A stretch of 63,351 nt of DNA, filler included, from Chiloscyllium plagiosum (lineage: Eukaryota), in NCBI RefSeq assembly GCF_004010195.1. It is 3 parts of one record of this genome, joined end to end, with 100 filler letters (N's around TTAATTAATTAA, not from the genome) between each part and the next. Parts side by side here need not be neighbours in the genome. Positions count along the whole stretch, not along the records: positions 13,741 to 43,904 come from NC_057717.1; positions 44,005 to 63,351 come from NC_057717.1; 1 more part is not named here. One strand, 5' to 3'. Within the stretch, counting starts at the first letter, position 1. Every line of letters begins with the position of its first letter. The notes below the pieces were generated by a model. The model worked only from the letters and a program-made list of their open reading frames with translations. It was not told where the DNA came from and did no database searches. The translations under genes were made by a program, and so were the position numbers. Below are positions 35,510-47,229 of the stretch, piece after piece.

Positions 35510-38255
35510 CACACACCGTCCCCAGCCTGACCCTCACTGCCTTCCACACACCGCCACCAGCCTGACCCTCACTGCCGTCCACACACCACCACCAGCCTGA
35601 CCCTCATCGCTGTCCAATACCGCCCCCAGCTTGATCCTCACTGCTGCCCACACACCAACCCCAGCCTGACCCTCATCGTCGTCCAACACCGTTCCCAGGC
35701 TGACACTCACTGCCAAACACATACCGCCTCCAACCTGATCCTCACTGCCACCCGCACATTGCCCCACAGCCTGACACTCACCGCCGTCCACTCACCACCC
35801 CGAACCTGACCCTCACTGCCGCTCACACAACACTCCCAGCCTGACCCTCAGCATTGTCAAACACCGCTCTCAGCCTGACCCTCAACGCCGCCCACACAAT
35901 GTCCCACAGCCTGACACTCACCGCCCCCAGCCTAACCATCACCAGCATCTACACACCACGCACAGCCTGACCCTTACCATCGTCTGCACACCACCCCAGT
36001 CAGAATCTCCATTGCCCCCAGCCTGACCCTCACCGCCACCCACACACTACCCCCAACCTGACCTTCTCCGCCGTCCACACATCGACCCCCGACTGACCTT
36101 CAACGGCATCCACACACCTCCCCAGCCTGCTCCTCACTGCCATCCACACACCGACCCAGCCTGACCCTCACCGCCATCCACACACCGACCCAGCCTGACC
36201 CTTACCACCGTCTGCACACCACCCCAGTCTGACTCTCACCGGAATCCACGCTGCCTCCAGCCTGACCCTGACCTCCGTCCAAACACCGCCCCCAACCTGA
36301 CCTTCTCCGCCGTCCACACATCGCCCCCAGCCTGACCTTCACTGCCATCCACACACCGACCCTGCCTGACCCTCACTGCCATCCACACACTGACCCAGCC
36401 TGACCCTTACTGCCATCAACACAATGCCCCCAGACTGATCCACACCGGCATCGTCACACCACCCCCAGCCTGACCCTCACTGCCATCCACATACCGACCC
36501 AGCCTGACCCTTACTGCCATCCACACACCGCCCCGGACTGATCTTAACTGCCGCCCATACAGTGCCCCCAAGACTGACCCTCAGCGCCATCCATACACCG
36601 TGCCCAGCCTGACCCTCACCACCTTCCAACCTGGGGACCCTCCGCCCCCAGGTTGGCTCTCACGGATGCCCACACACCGCCCTCAGCCTGACCCTTACTG
36701 CTACCCACAAATCACCCCATCCTGACCCTCACCGCCGTCGAACACTGCCCCCAGCCTGACCCTCACCGCCGTTCAACACCACCCCCAGCCTGACACTCAC
36801 TGCCGCCCACACACCACCACAAACTGTCCCTCACTGCCGTCCACACTCCGCCGCCCCAGCCTGACCTCACCACCGTCCACACACGGCCCCCAGCCTGACC
36901 ATCACCACCTTCCAAAGACTGCCCCCAGGCAGGCCCTCACTGATGCCCACACACCGCCCTCAACCTGACCCTTACTGCTACCCACANNNNNNNNNNNNNN
37001 NNNNNNNNNNNNNNNNNNNNNNNNNNNNNNNNNNNNNNNNNNNNNNNNNNNNNNNNNNNNNNNNNNNNNNNNNNNNNNNNNNNNNNNNNNNNNNNNNNNN
37101 NNNNNNNNNNNNNNNNNNNNNNNNNNNNNNNNNNNNNNNNNNNNNNNNNNNNNNNNNNNNNNNNNNNNNNNNNNNNNNNNNNNNNNNNNNNNNNNNNNNN
37201 NNNNNNNNNNNNNNNNNNNNNNNNNNNNNNNNNNNNNNNNNNNNNNNNNNNNNNNNNNNNNNNNNNNNNNNNNNNNNNNNNNNNNNNNNNNNNNNNNNNN
37301 NNNNNNNNNNNNNNNNNNNNNNNNNNNNNNNNNNNNNNNNNNNNNNNNNNNNNNNNNNNNNNNNNNNNNNNNNNNNNNNNNNNNNNNNNNNNNNNNNNNN
37401 NNNNNNNNNNNNNNNNNNNNNNNNNNNNNNNNNNNNNNNNNNNNNNNNNNNNNNNNNNNNNNNNNNNNNNNNNNNNNNNNNNNNNNNNNNNNNNNNNNNN
37501 NNNNNNNNNNNNNNNNNNNNNNNNNNNNNNNNNNNNNNNNNNNNNNNNNNNNNNNNNNNNNNNNNNNNNNNNNNNNNNNNNNNNNNNNNNNNNNNNNNNN
37601 NNNNNNNNNNNNNNNNNNNNNNNNNNNNNNNNNNNNNNNNNNNNNNNNNNNNNNNNNNNNNNNNNNNNNNNNNNNNNNNNNNNNNNNNNNNNNNNNNNNN
37701 NNNNNNNNNNNNNNNNNNNNNNNNNNNNNNNNNNNNNNNNNNNNNNNNNNNNNNNNNNNNNNNNNNNNNNNNNNNNNNNNNNNNNNNNNNNNNNNNNNCC
37801 CGGACGCACTGCCCCCAGCCGGACCCTCACCGCACCCAGCCTGACCTTACCGCCCACAGCCTGACCCTCACCGCTGTCCAACATTGCCACCAGCCTAACC
37901 CTCGCCGCCGTTCAACACCACCCCAGCCTGATCCTCACCGCCATCCACACACCGCCCCAGACTGGCCCTCGCTGCCGCCCACACACCACCCCCAAACTAA
38001 CCATCACCATCGTCCACACACTGCCCCCAGCCAGAACCTCACTGTTCCGCCACACCCCACCGCCCAGCCTGACCCTCACCGACCCGGACGCACTGCCCCC
38101 AGCCGGACCCTCACCGCACCCAGCCTGACCTTACCGCCTCCAGCCTGACATTACCGCCCCCAGCCTGACCCTCACCGCCCCAGTCGCACTGCCCCTAGCC
38201 GGACCCTCACCGCACCCAGCCTGATCTTACGGCCCCCAGCCTGACCTTGACCACT
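35510..38255 (-). repeat. 35-bp minisatellite, C-rich orientation
   Basis: CCCCCAGCCTGACCCTCACTGCCGTCCACACACCG units; contains a gap. Confidence 0.95.
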
Positions 38256-38274
38256 GTCCCTGTGAGGGACCCTG

Positions 38275-41200
38275 TGAGGGTCAGGCTGGGCATGGAGTGA
38301 GGACGGCGGCAAGGGTCAGGCTGGGGGTGATGTGTGGAAGACGGAAAGGATCAGACTGGAGACGGTATTTGCGTGGTGGCGGGGGTCAGACTGAGGACCG
38401 TGTGTGGGCGGCAGCGAGGGTCAGACTGAGTGCGGTGTTTGGATGGCACTGAGGGTCAGTCTAGGGGTGGTGTGTGGGTGGCAGCGATGGTCATGCTTGG
38501 GGTAGTGTGTAGACTGTGGTGAGGGTCAAGCTGGGGGCTGTGGGTAGATGGCGCAGAGGGTCAAGTTGAGGGCGGTGTGTGAGCGGAACTGAGGACCAGG
38601 CTGGGCGCAGAGTGTGGATGGTGGTGAGGATCAGGCTGGTGGCAGTGTGTGGATGGCGCTGAGGGTCGGGCTGGGGGCGGTGCGTAGGCGGCAGTGGGGG
38701 TCACGCTGAGGTGGTGCTGAACGGTGGTGAGGGACAGGTTGGTGACAATGTTGGACAGCGGTGAAGGTCAGGCTGGGGGCAGTAAGGTCAGGCTGGATGC
38801 ATTATGGTCCTGCTGGGGGCAGTGCGTCCGGTGCGGTGAGGGTCAGGCTGTGGGGTGGTGTGTGGCAGAGCAGTGAGGGTCTGGCTGGGGGCGGTATGTC
38901 GCCGATAGTGAGGGTTAGTTTGGGGGCGGTGTGTGGGTGGCAGTGAGGGTCAGGCTGGCAGCGGCGTGTCGGCGGTGGTGGGAGTCAGGCTGGGGGCAGT
39001 GTGTAGACGGCGTGAGTGTCAGGCTGGGGGCAGTGTGTGGATGGTGGTGAGTGTAAGGCTTGGGCAGTGTGTAGACGGCGCTGACTGTCAGGCTAGGGGC
39101 AGTGTGTGGACGTTGGTGAGGGTCAGACTGGGGCAGTGTGTAGACGGCGGTGAGTGTCAGGCTGGGGGTGGTGTGTGGATGCTGGAGAAGGTCAGGCTGG
39201 GGGCGGTGTGTGGGAGGCAGTGAGGGTCAGGCTGCGGACGGTGTGTGGACGGTGGTGAGGGTCCAGCTGGAGGTGGTGTCTGGACAGTGGTGAGTGTCAG
39301 GCTGGGGGCGGGGAGAGTCCAGCTGGGGCAGTGAGTCCAGGGTGGTGAGGTTCAGGCTGGGGGTAGCGTGTCGGCGGTGGTGAGTGTCAGGCTGGGGGCA
39401 GCGTGTGGACGGCGGTGAGAGTCAGGCTGACGGCAGTGTGTGGACGGTGGTGAGGGTCAGGCTGGGGGCAGTGTGTGGATGATGGTGAGTGTCAGGATGG
39501 GGTGGTTTGTGGGTAGCAGTACGGGTCAGGCTGAGGGCGGTGTGTGGTCATCAGTGAGGGCAAGCCTTGGGCGGTCTTTGGAAGATGGTGAGGGTCAGGC
39601 TGGGGGCCCTGTGTGGACGGTGGTGAGGTTCAGATTGGGGGCAGTGTGTGGACGGCAGTGAGAGTCACACTGGGGGCGGTGTGCGGACGGCGCTTATGGT
39701 CAGGCTGGGGTGGTGTGTGGGTGGCAGTGAGGGTCAGGCTGGGGGCAGTGTTGGACGGCGGTGAGGGTCAGGATGGGGTGGTTTGTGGGTAGCAGTACGG
39801 GTCAGGCTGAGGGCGGTGTGTGGTCAACAGTGAGGGCACCCTTGGGCGGTCTTTGGAAGATGGTGAGGATCAGGCTGGGGGCCCTGTGTGGACGGTGGTG
39901 AGGGTCAGGCTGGGGGCAGTGTGTGGATGGCAGTGAGAGTCACACTGGGGGCGGTGTGCGGACGGCAGTGAGGGTCTGGCTGGGGTCGTTGTTGGACGTT
40001 GGTGAGGGTCAGGCTAAGGGCAGTGTGTGGATGGCAGTGAGGGCCAACCTGGGAGCGCTGTGTGGACGGTGAGGGTCGGGCAGGGGGCGGTGTGTGGACG
40101 GTGGTGAGGGTCAGGCTGTGGCTAGTGTGTGGATAGTGTTGAGGGTCAGGTTGTTGGCGGTGTGTGGATGGCGCTTAGGGTCAGGCTGGGGTGGTGTGTG
40201 GGCGGCAGTCAGGGTCAAGCTGGGGGAAATGTTGGACGGCGGTGAGGGTCAGGATGGGGTGAATTGGGGTAGCAGTAAGGGTCAGGCTGAGGGCGGTGTG
40301 TGGGCATCAGTGAGGGCCAGCCTGGGGGCGGTCTTTGGAAGGTGGTCAGGGTCATGCTGGGGGCGGTGTATGGATGGCGCTGAGGGTCAGTCTTGGGGGC
40401 ATTGTATGGGCGGCAGTGAAGATTATATGGGTCGGTGTGTGGATGGCAGTTAGGGTCAGGCTGGGTCGATGTGTGGATGGCAGTGAGGGTGAGGCTGGGG
40501 GTGGTGTGTGGATGGCGGAGAAGGTCAGGCTGAGGGCGGTGTGTGGGCATCAGTGAGGGCCAGCCTGGGGGCGGTCTTTGGAAGGTGGTCAGGGTCATGC
40601 TGGGGGCGGTGTATGGATGGCGCTGAGGGTCAGTCTTGGGGGCATTGTATGGGCGGCAGTGAAGATTATATGGGTCGGTGTGTGGATGGCAGTTAGGGTC
40701 AGGCTGGGTCGATGTGTGGATGACAGTGAGGGTGAGGCTGGGGGTGGTGTGTGGACAGCAGTGAGGGTCAGACTGGGGGAAGTGTGGTGAGATGTCAGAC
40801 TGGGGTGATGCGCGGATGGTGGTAAGGTCAGGCTGGGTCGGTGTGTGGATGGCGGTGAGGGTCAGACTGGGGGCAGTGTGGATTCTGGTGAGAGTCAGAC
40901 TGGGGTGGTGCGCGGATGGTGGTAAGGTCAGGCTGGGTCGGTGTGTGGATGGCGGTGTGGGTCAGGCTGGGGGCGATGTGTGGACAGCGGAGAATGTTAG
41001 GTTCAGGGTGGTGTGTGGACGGCGGTGAGGGTCAGGCTGGGGGCAATGTGGATTCCGGTGAGAGTGAGACTGGGGTGGTGTGCGGATGATGGTGATGGCT
41101 AGGCTGGGGGCGGTGAGTTTCAGGCTGTGGGACATTGTGTGGGCGGCATTAAGGGTCAGGCTGGGAGCGGTGTTGGATGATGGTGAGGGTCAGGCTTGGG

Positions 41201-43625
41201 GCGGTGAGTTGACGGCGGTGAGTGTCAGGCTGTGGGACAATGTGTGGGTGGCATTGAGGGTCAGGCTGGGAGCAGTGTTCGACAATGCTGAGGGTCAGGC
41301 TGGGGGTGTTGTGTGAGTGGCAGTGAGGGTCAGGCTGGGGGTGGTGAGTGGACGGCGGTGAGTGTCAGGCTGTGGGACAATGTGAGGGTCAGGCTGGGGG
41401 CAGTGTTGGACGGTGGTGAGGGTCAGCATGAGGCGGTATTTGGAAGGTGGTGAGGTTCAGGCTGGTGGCCCTGTGTGGACGGTGGTGAGGTTCAGGCTGG
41501 GGGCGGTGTGTGGACGGCAATAAGGGTCAGACTGGGGGCGGTGTGTGGACGGCAGTGAGGGCCTGGCTGGTGCGTTGTTGGACGTTGGTGAGGGTCAGGC
41601 TAAGGGCAGTGTGTAGACGGCAGTGAGGGACAAGCTGGGAACGGTGTGTGGACGGTGGTGAGGGTCGGGCTGGGGGCGGTGTGAGGACGGTGGTGAGGGT
41701 CAGGCTGGGGGTGCTGTGAGGACGGCAGTGAGGGTCAGACTGGGGGCGGCGTGTCGGCGGTGGTGAGGGTGTNNNNNNNNNNNNNNNNNNNNNNNNNNNN
41801 NNNNNNNNNNNNNNNNNNNNNNNNNNNNNNNNNNNNNNNNNNNNNNNNNNNNNNNNNNNNNNNNNNNNNNNNNNNNNNNNNNNNNNNNNNNNNNNNNNNN
41901 NNNNNNNNNNNNNNNNNNNNNNNNNNNNNNNNNNNNNNNNNNNNNNNNNNNNNNNNNNNNNNNNNNNNNNNNNNNNNNNNNNNNNNNNNNNNNNNNNNNN
42001 NNNNNNNNNNNNNNNNNNNNNNNNNNNNNNNNNNNNNNNNNNNNNNNNNNNNNNNNNNNNNNNNNNNNNNNNNNNNNNNNNNNNNNNNNNNNNNNNNNNN
42101 NNNNNNNNNNNNNNNNNNNNNNNNNNNNNNNNNNNNNNNNNNNNNNNNNNNNNNNNNNNNNNNNNNNNNNNNNNNNNNNNNNNNNNNNNNNNNNNNNNNN
42201 NNNNNNNNNNNNNNNNNNNNNNNNNNNNNNNNNNNNNNNNNNNNNNNNNNNNNNNNNNNNNNNNNNNNNNNNNNNNNNNNNNNNNNNNNNNNNNNNNNNN
42301 NNNNNNNNNNNNNNNNNNNNNNNNNNNNNNNNNNNNNNNNNNNNNNNNNNNNNNNNNNNNNNNNNNNNNNNNNNNNNNNNNNNNNNNNNNNNNNNNNNNN
42401 NNNNNNNNNNNNNNNNNNNNNNNNNNNNNNNNNNNNNNNNNNNNNNNNNNNNNNNNNNNNNNNNNNNNNNNNNNNNNNNNNNNNNNNNNNNNNNNNNNNN
42501 NNNNNNNNNNNNNNNNNNNNNNNNNNNNNNNNNNNNNNNNNNNNNNNNNNNNNNNNNNNNNNNNNNNNNNNNNNNNNNNNNNNNNNNNNNNNNNNNNNNN
42601 NNNNNNNNNNNNNNNNNNNNNNNNNNNNNNNNNNNNNNNNNNNNNNNNNNNNNNNNNNNNNNNNNNNNNNNNNNNNNNNNNNNNNNNNNNNNNNNNNNNN
42701 NNNNNNNNNNNNNNNNNNNNNNNNNNNNNNNNNNNNNNNNNNNNNNNNNNNNNNNNNNNNNNNNNNGGGGTGGTGTGTGGATGCCGGTGAAGGTCAGGCT
42801 GGGGCGATGTGTGGATGGCGGCGAAGGTCAGGTTGGGGGCGGTGTGTGGACGGTAGTGAGGGTCAGGCTGGGCGCAGTGTGGATTCTGGTGAGAGTCAGA
42901 GTGGGGTGGTGCGCGGACGGTGATAAGGGTCAGGCTGGGTCGGTGTGTGGATGGCAGTGAGGGTCAGGCTCTGTCGATGTGTGGATGGCAGTGTGGGTAA
43001 GTCTGGGGGCAATGTGTGGACAGCGGAGAGGGTCAGCTTGGGGGCGGTGTGTGGACGGCAGTGAGGGTCAGGCAGAGGGCAATGTGGATTCCGGTGAGAG
43101 TGAGCCTGGGATGGTGTGCGGATGCTGGTGATGGTTAGCCTGGGGGCGGTGAGTGTCAAGCTGTGGGACAATGTGTGAGCGGCATTGAGTGTCAGGCTGG
43201 AAGTGGTGTTGGATGGGGGCGGTGAGTGTCAGGCTGTGGGAAAATGTGTGGGCGGCATTGAGGGTCAGGCTGGGAGAGGTTTTCGACAATGCTGAGGGTC
43301 AGGCTGTGGGTGTTGTGTGAATGACAGTGAGGGTCAGGCTGGGGGCGGTGAGTGGACTGCGGTGAGTGTCAGCTGTGGGGCAATGTTTGGGTGGCAGTGA
43401 GGGTCAGGCTGGAGGCGGAATGTGGTTGGCAGTGAGTGTCAGCCTGGGAGCGGTGTTGGACGACGATGAGAGTCAGGCTGGGGTTGGTGTGTGGGCGGCA
43501 GTGAGGGTCAAGCGGGAGGTGGTGTTGGACGGCGGTGTGTGTCAAGCTGGGGGCGGTATTGGACAGCGATGAGGGTCAGGCTGGTGGTGGTGTGTAGACG
43601 GCAGTGAGGGGCAGGCTGGGAACGG
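38275..43625 (+). repeat. 35-bp minisatellite, G-rich orientation
   Basis: Same unit inverted after the 38251-38280 junction; 243-bp internal tandem duplication at about 40283-40750. Confidence 0.95.
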
Positions 43626-43904
43626 TGTGTGCGCGGGCAATCATGCTGTGTGCCTCTGCAGTCTCCTGAATGGGGAGCAGACATTGAAAACTCCGAGCCC
43701 CAGAGGAAAGGTTTTTAATCAATTCACCGAATCATTGATTATCTGAATGAATTAGTGTCCACCCAACTCGTTCACATAATTGAGGTTCCTCTCTCGGTGG
43801 GAACATGATTTGGAAGGGTTTAGAGGGATATGGGCCAGGTTCTGGCAGGCAGGCCAAGAATGGGTTGGGATACCTGGTCAGCATGGATGCGTTGGACCGA
43901 AGGG

Positions 43905-44004
43905 NNNNNNNNNNNNNNNNNNNNNNNNNNNNNNNNNNNNNNNNNNNNTTAATTAATTAANNNNNNNNNNNNNNNNNNNNNNNNNNNNNNNNNNNNNNNN
44001 NNNN
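43905..44004. other. Artificial scaffold spacer N44-TTAATTAATTAA-N44
   Basis: Same 100-bp construct as at 13641; 12-mer at 43949-43960. Confidence 0.9.
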
Positions 44005-45349
44005 TTGACCAATCATGTGTCATCTATTCTACTATCATTTTTTTTTCTGACCTGGTTTCAAAGGTGGCCGGTCATATTCCTATATTAAGTGTGTTGAGGT
44101 TTACAGCACAGAAATAGGCTCTGTGGGCTATTGAGTCTGTGCCAGTAAAGAAAACTATAACCAAACTATCCTGATCCATTTTCCAATACACTGTCATTCG
44201 CACCATCTGTCTTGGTATCACAAGTGTGCACCGAAATGTGTCTTAAATGCTATTGGGAATTCTGTGTCTCCCACCCTTCCAGACAGTGAGGTTTAGTGCA
44301 ACTGGTGCTCGATGATGGCATCACCCGCAGGAACAAAGAGCAGCTGGGTCTGTGCAAACCAGAGATCGCCCATACATTGGGAAGGATGGCAGGGTCACTG
44401 AGAGGGGGCACAGGGGATTTACCAGGATGGTTCAAGGAATGGGGGATTGTAGTAGCATGTTTTGGATATTATTTTACATTATTCGTTAGTATGATATAGT
44501 TGTTGCTAATACATGGGTAGATAATATCGATCTACAATAAATGGACTCTCCTTCCCATCCTCTCCCCTTGCCTGGGCTGGGGTAACCTTCAGGTTTAACC
44601 ACCACCAGACATCTCTCCCTAATGAGAGAGCAACCCTATGGTCTGGTAGGACAATGCTGACTTTGCCTCTGACACATTGACGCCACTGTGTCTCTAGGGT
44701 GTGGAGAGAGAATGCTGAAGGTCGTGGATGGGTCACCACTCAGGCACAGTGCTTTGTCTTGGAGGATGTTCACGTTCTTTAACATTGCTGGGAGCTGCAC
44801 TGATGCAGGCAAGTGCACACTGTTCCAACACAACCCTGATGTGTGCCTTATAGAGAGCAAACGGACATTGAGGAATCAGGGGTTTGGGGAAACTGAGATT
44901 GTTCTCCTTGTAGCAAAGGAAATTGAGGGGAGCTGTGACAGAGGGGTTTTCAAAAGTTACCCGTTATAATAAGAAACCTCACACCCATCAGCTCATTATA
45001 CAAGGATGACAGGACACATTGAAGGTGTGGGGAGAACTATTGAGAGAATGGGGTGATTTAAAGGGAAACTTTTCTGCAGTAAATGGGATTGAGCTGGAAC
45101 ACAATACTCACGCACAATGTGAATATCCAGGTCCTGATGAATTGAGTAATGCTGTCAGAGTTTGGCGTTACAGTTACTGCGATTGCCATCTGAATGTCCA
45201 CCTGTAGTATCCTCTAATACAAGTTATAAAATCCATCACTGTCAGTTCAGGTTAGAAACTCACACCATCCCTCCCTCCTGGGCCAGGATGACTGGATACA
45301 TTTCCCCTTGTGGAGGTCAGCAGTTAGTTCAAGGGGGGAATCTATGTGG

Positions 45350-45690
45350 GTTTCAATAAGTTTCCACCTTGGGACTGCATGTGATTGAACAGGGCAGATC
45401 TTTTACACATGGGACAGATGATCCAAGAGTCAGTGAGATGTGGAGAGCAGGATTTCCTTCATTTTCCTTCCTTCTGTGTTGCCGCTGTGCCTCATCAATA
45501 AGACATGGCGGGGTGAAAGGCTCATGCAGCTTGATGGACAAGTTGTCTCCATTCTGACCAATGGGCAGCAAGCTCATCCCAGTCATCCCATAGAGTCTCA
45601 TGAAAAACAGAGCAACACTGCACGCTTCCCACTGCCGAGGATTCCCAGTAAACGTTTAGAAGAATTGGTAGGAATCTGTCAGAAAAGGCA
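45350..45690 (-). mobile_element. Ancient RTE-clade LINE C-terminal fragment
   Basis: Minus strand WDDWDELAAHWSEWRQLVHQAA resembles RTE WE.LA.DR..WR..V; paralogs at 52800-53120 and 55250-55570 (+). Confidence 0.55.
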
Positions 45691-46013
45691 TAACTGTAAA
45701 GTTCTAAGAGGATTGTGAAGAGAGAGAGATGCACAGGAGAAGGGGGCAACAAGTTGCCAGATGGAGTATAATTTGGGAAAATGGGAAGTTGGTCATTTTG
45801 GGGGAGATAATAAAAGAACAGTGCCATTTAAATGGTGGAAACTGTAGAAAGCTGCACCACAAAGGGACGAGGGGTAATTTTGCAGGAAACACAGAAAGCA
45901 GCAGAATCTGGGTCAGTCACGGAATCAAGGGTTCGGCTTCAGATTCGTCAAGTTTAAGGCAACACCGACACGGGTCAGGTGTTTCAGTAACAATGGAGCT
46001 GGGGTGAGGGGGA

Positions 46014-46740
46014 TGTGGGATATAGGTAAATTAATGTTATTTCTGCAATTATAATTTCTGATACAAGGTAAATGAACTCACACCAGTGTGTAATTGCTTC
46101 AGCCAAGAGCTGAGTCATCAAGAATGGAAACGATGTGGAGTAAATATATAATTGTTTTTGTATTAGCTAAAATTGTATGTCAGCATGAAACATGATTGCA
46201 AAACAATGGTAGATTTTATGGGCAAATGGATAAGATCTTGTGAGGGGATGCAGTCAAGCTCGAAAGCCTGTATAAACAGTAGGTTTCACATTTTTAGACA
46301 GACACAGGAACAAACCCTAACTAAAGAGGTCATGGAGATCAGAGTGTTCTCGGGAGATGCCCAGATGGATGGAGTAGATACTGATGAAGAAAGAATATGC
46401 CTAAAAATGACCTGCAGTGGGATGAGGTCAAACGGCCTTGTGAGGCCAGAATAAGCATTTTGTCACAGACAAGGCCGGATGAGCAGGAGTGGTGGGATCA
46501 GTCTTCGGGAAGTGGAGGATGTAAACGGGGTGGGGGGGAGGGGGGAAACAATGAAATAAGAAAAAAGATGTAGGAACCAAATGATATAAATATCGAAAGT
46601 TTGTTGAATTTGGTGTGTGTATGCCCTCTGCCTGGCACTGGACATCACACCCAATTGCAAGGGTAACAATAAAGGACACTACTGATTCCGATCTTTTCTC
46701 AGACTGCAATGATTGAAGTGTGTGAGCTTTGTTTCTCACA
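46014..46740 (+). mobile_element. Solo LTR (727 bp), ERV1-like or Gypsy
   Basis: Starts TGTGGGA, ends TCTCACA; 4-bp TSD GGGA at 46010-46013 and 46741-46744; TATA-like near 46585, AATAAA near 46668; the empty site is visible in paralogous arm A (about 32263-32282). Confidence 0.9.
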
Positions 46741-47229
46741 GGGAGACAAGCAACGTGTAACAGAATGGAATTCCTGGAGTTTGTGATTGTGTGGATGTCT
46801 GATCAGAAGGTCACCTTGGGGTCAGATATAACAGCAATATTGGGAAGAATGTAGTTCTACCTCAGATATTTCCCAGTGGGAGGGAGGGGCTCAGCAGTAA
46901 GGGAAAGGAATTTGTAATAGCAACTGAAGGCAATGGTTCTAACTGGAGAAAATTGCAGCTAATCGAGTAGTGGGAGCGTGGTCAGTAGTTTGATAACTGA
47001 GTAACAGTGGAGTAATGGAGAGGGATGATGGGGAGGGAGAGCTGGGCAGTGTCAGTGTATATTTGAAACCTAATACGGTGTTTCCGGACAATGTCACCTC
47101 CTGGCAGTATGTNNNNNNNNNNNNNNNNNNNNNNNNNNNNNNNNNNNNNNNNNNNNNNNNNNNNNNNNNNNNNNNNNNNNNNNNNNNNNNNNNNNNNNNN
47201 NNNNNNNNNNNNNNNNNNNNNNNNNNNNN

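Larger units (their letters stand above)
28870..38255. repeat. Segmental duplication arm A
   Basis: Order CR1(-), SINE(+), L2, CR1/RTE pieces, LINE, unique linker, C-rich minisatellite; mirrored in 38275-49948 and repeated in 50449-61495. Confidence 0.9.
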
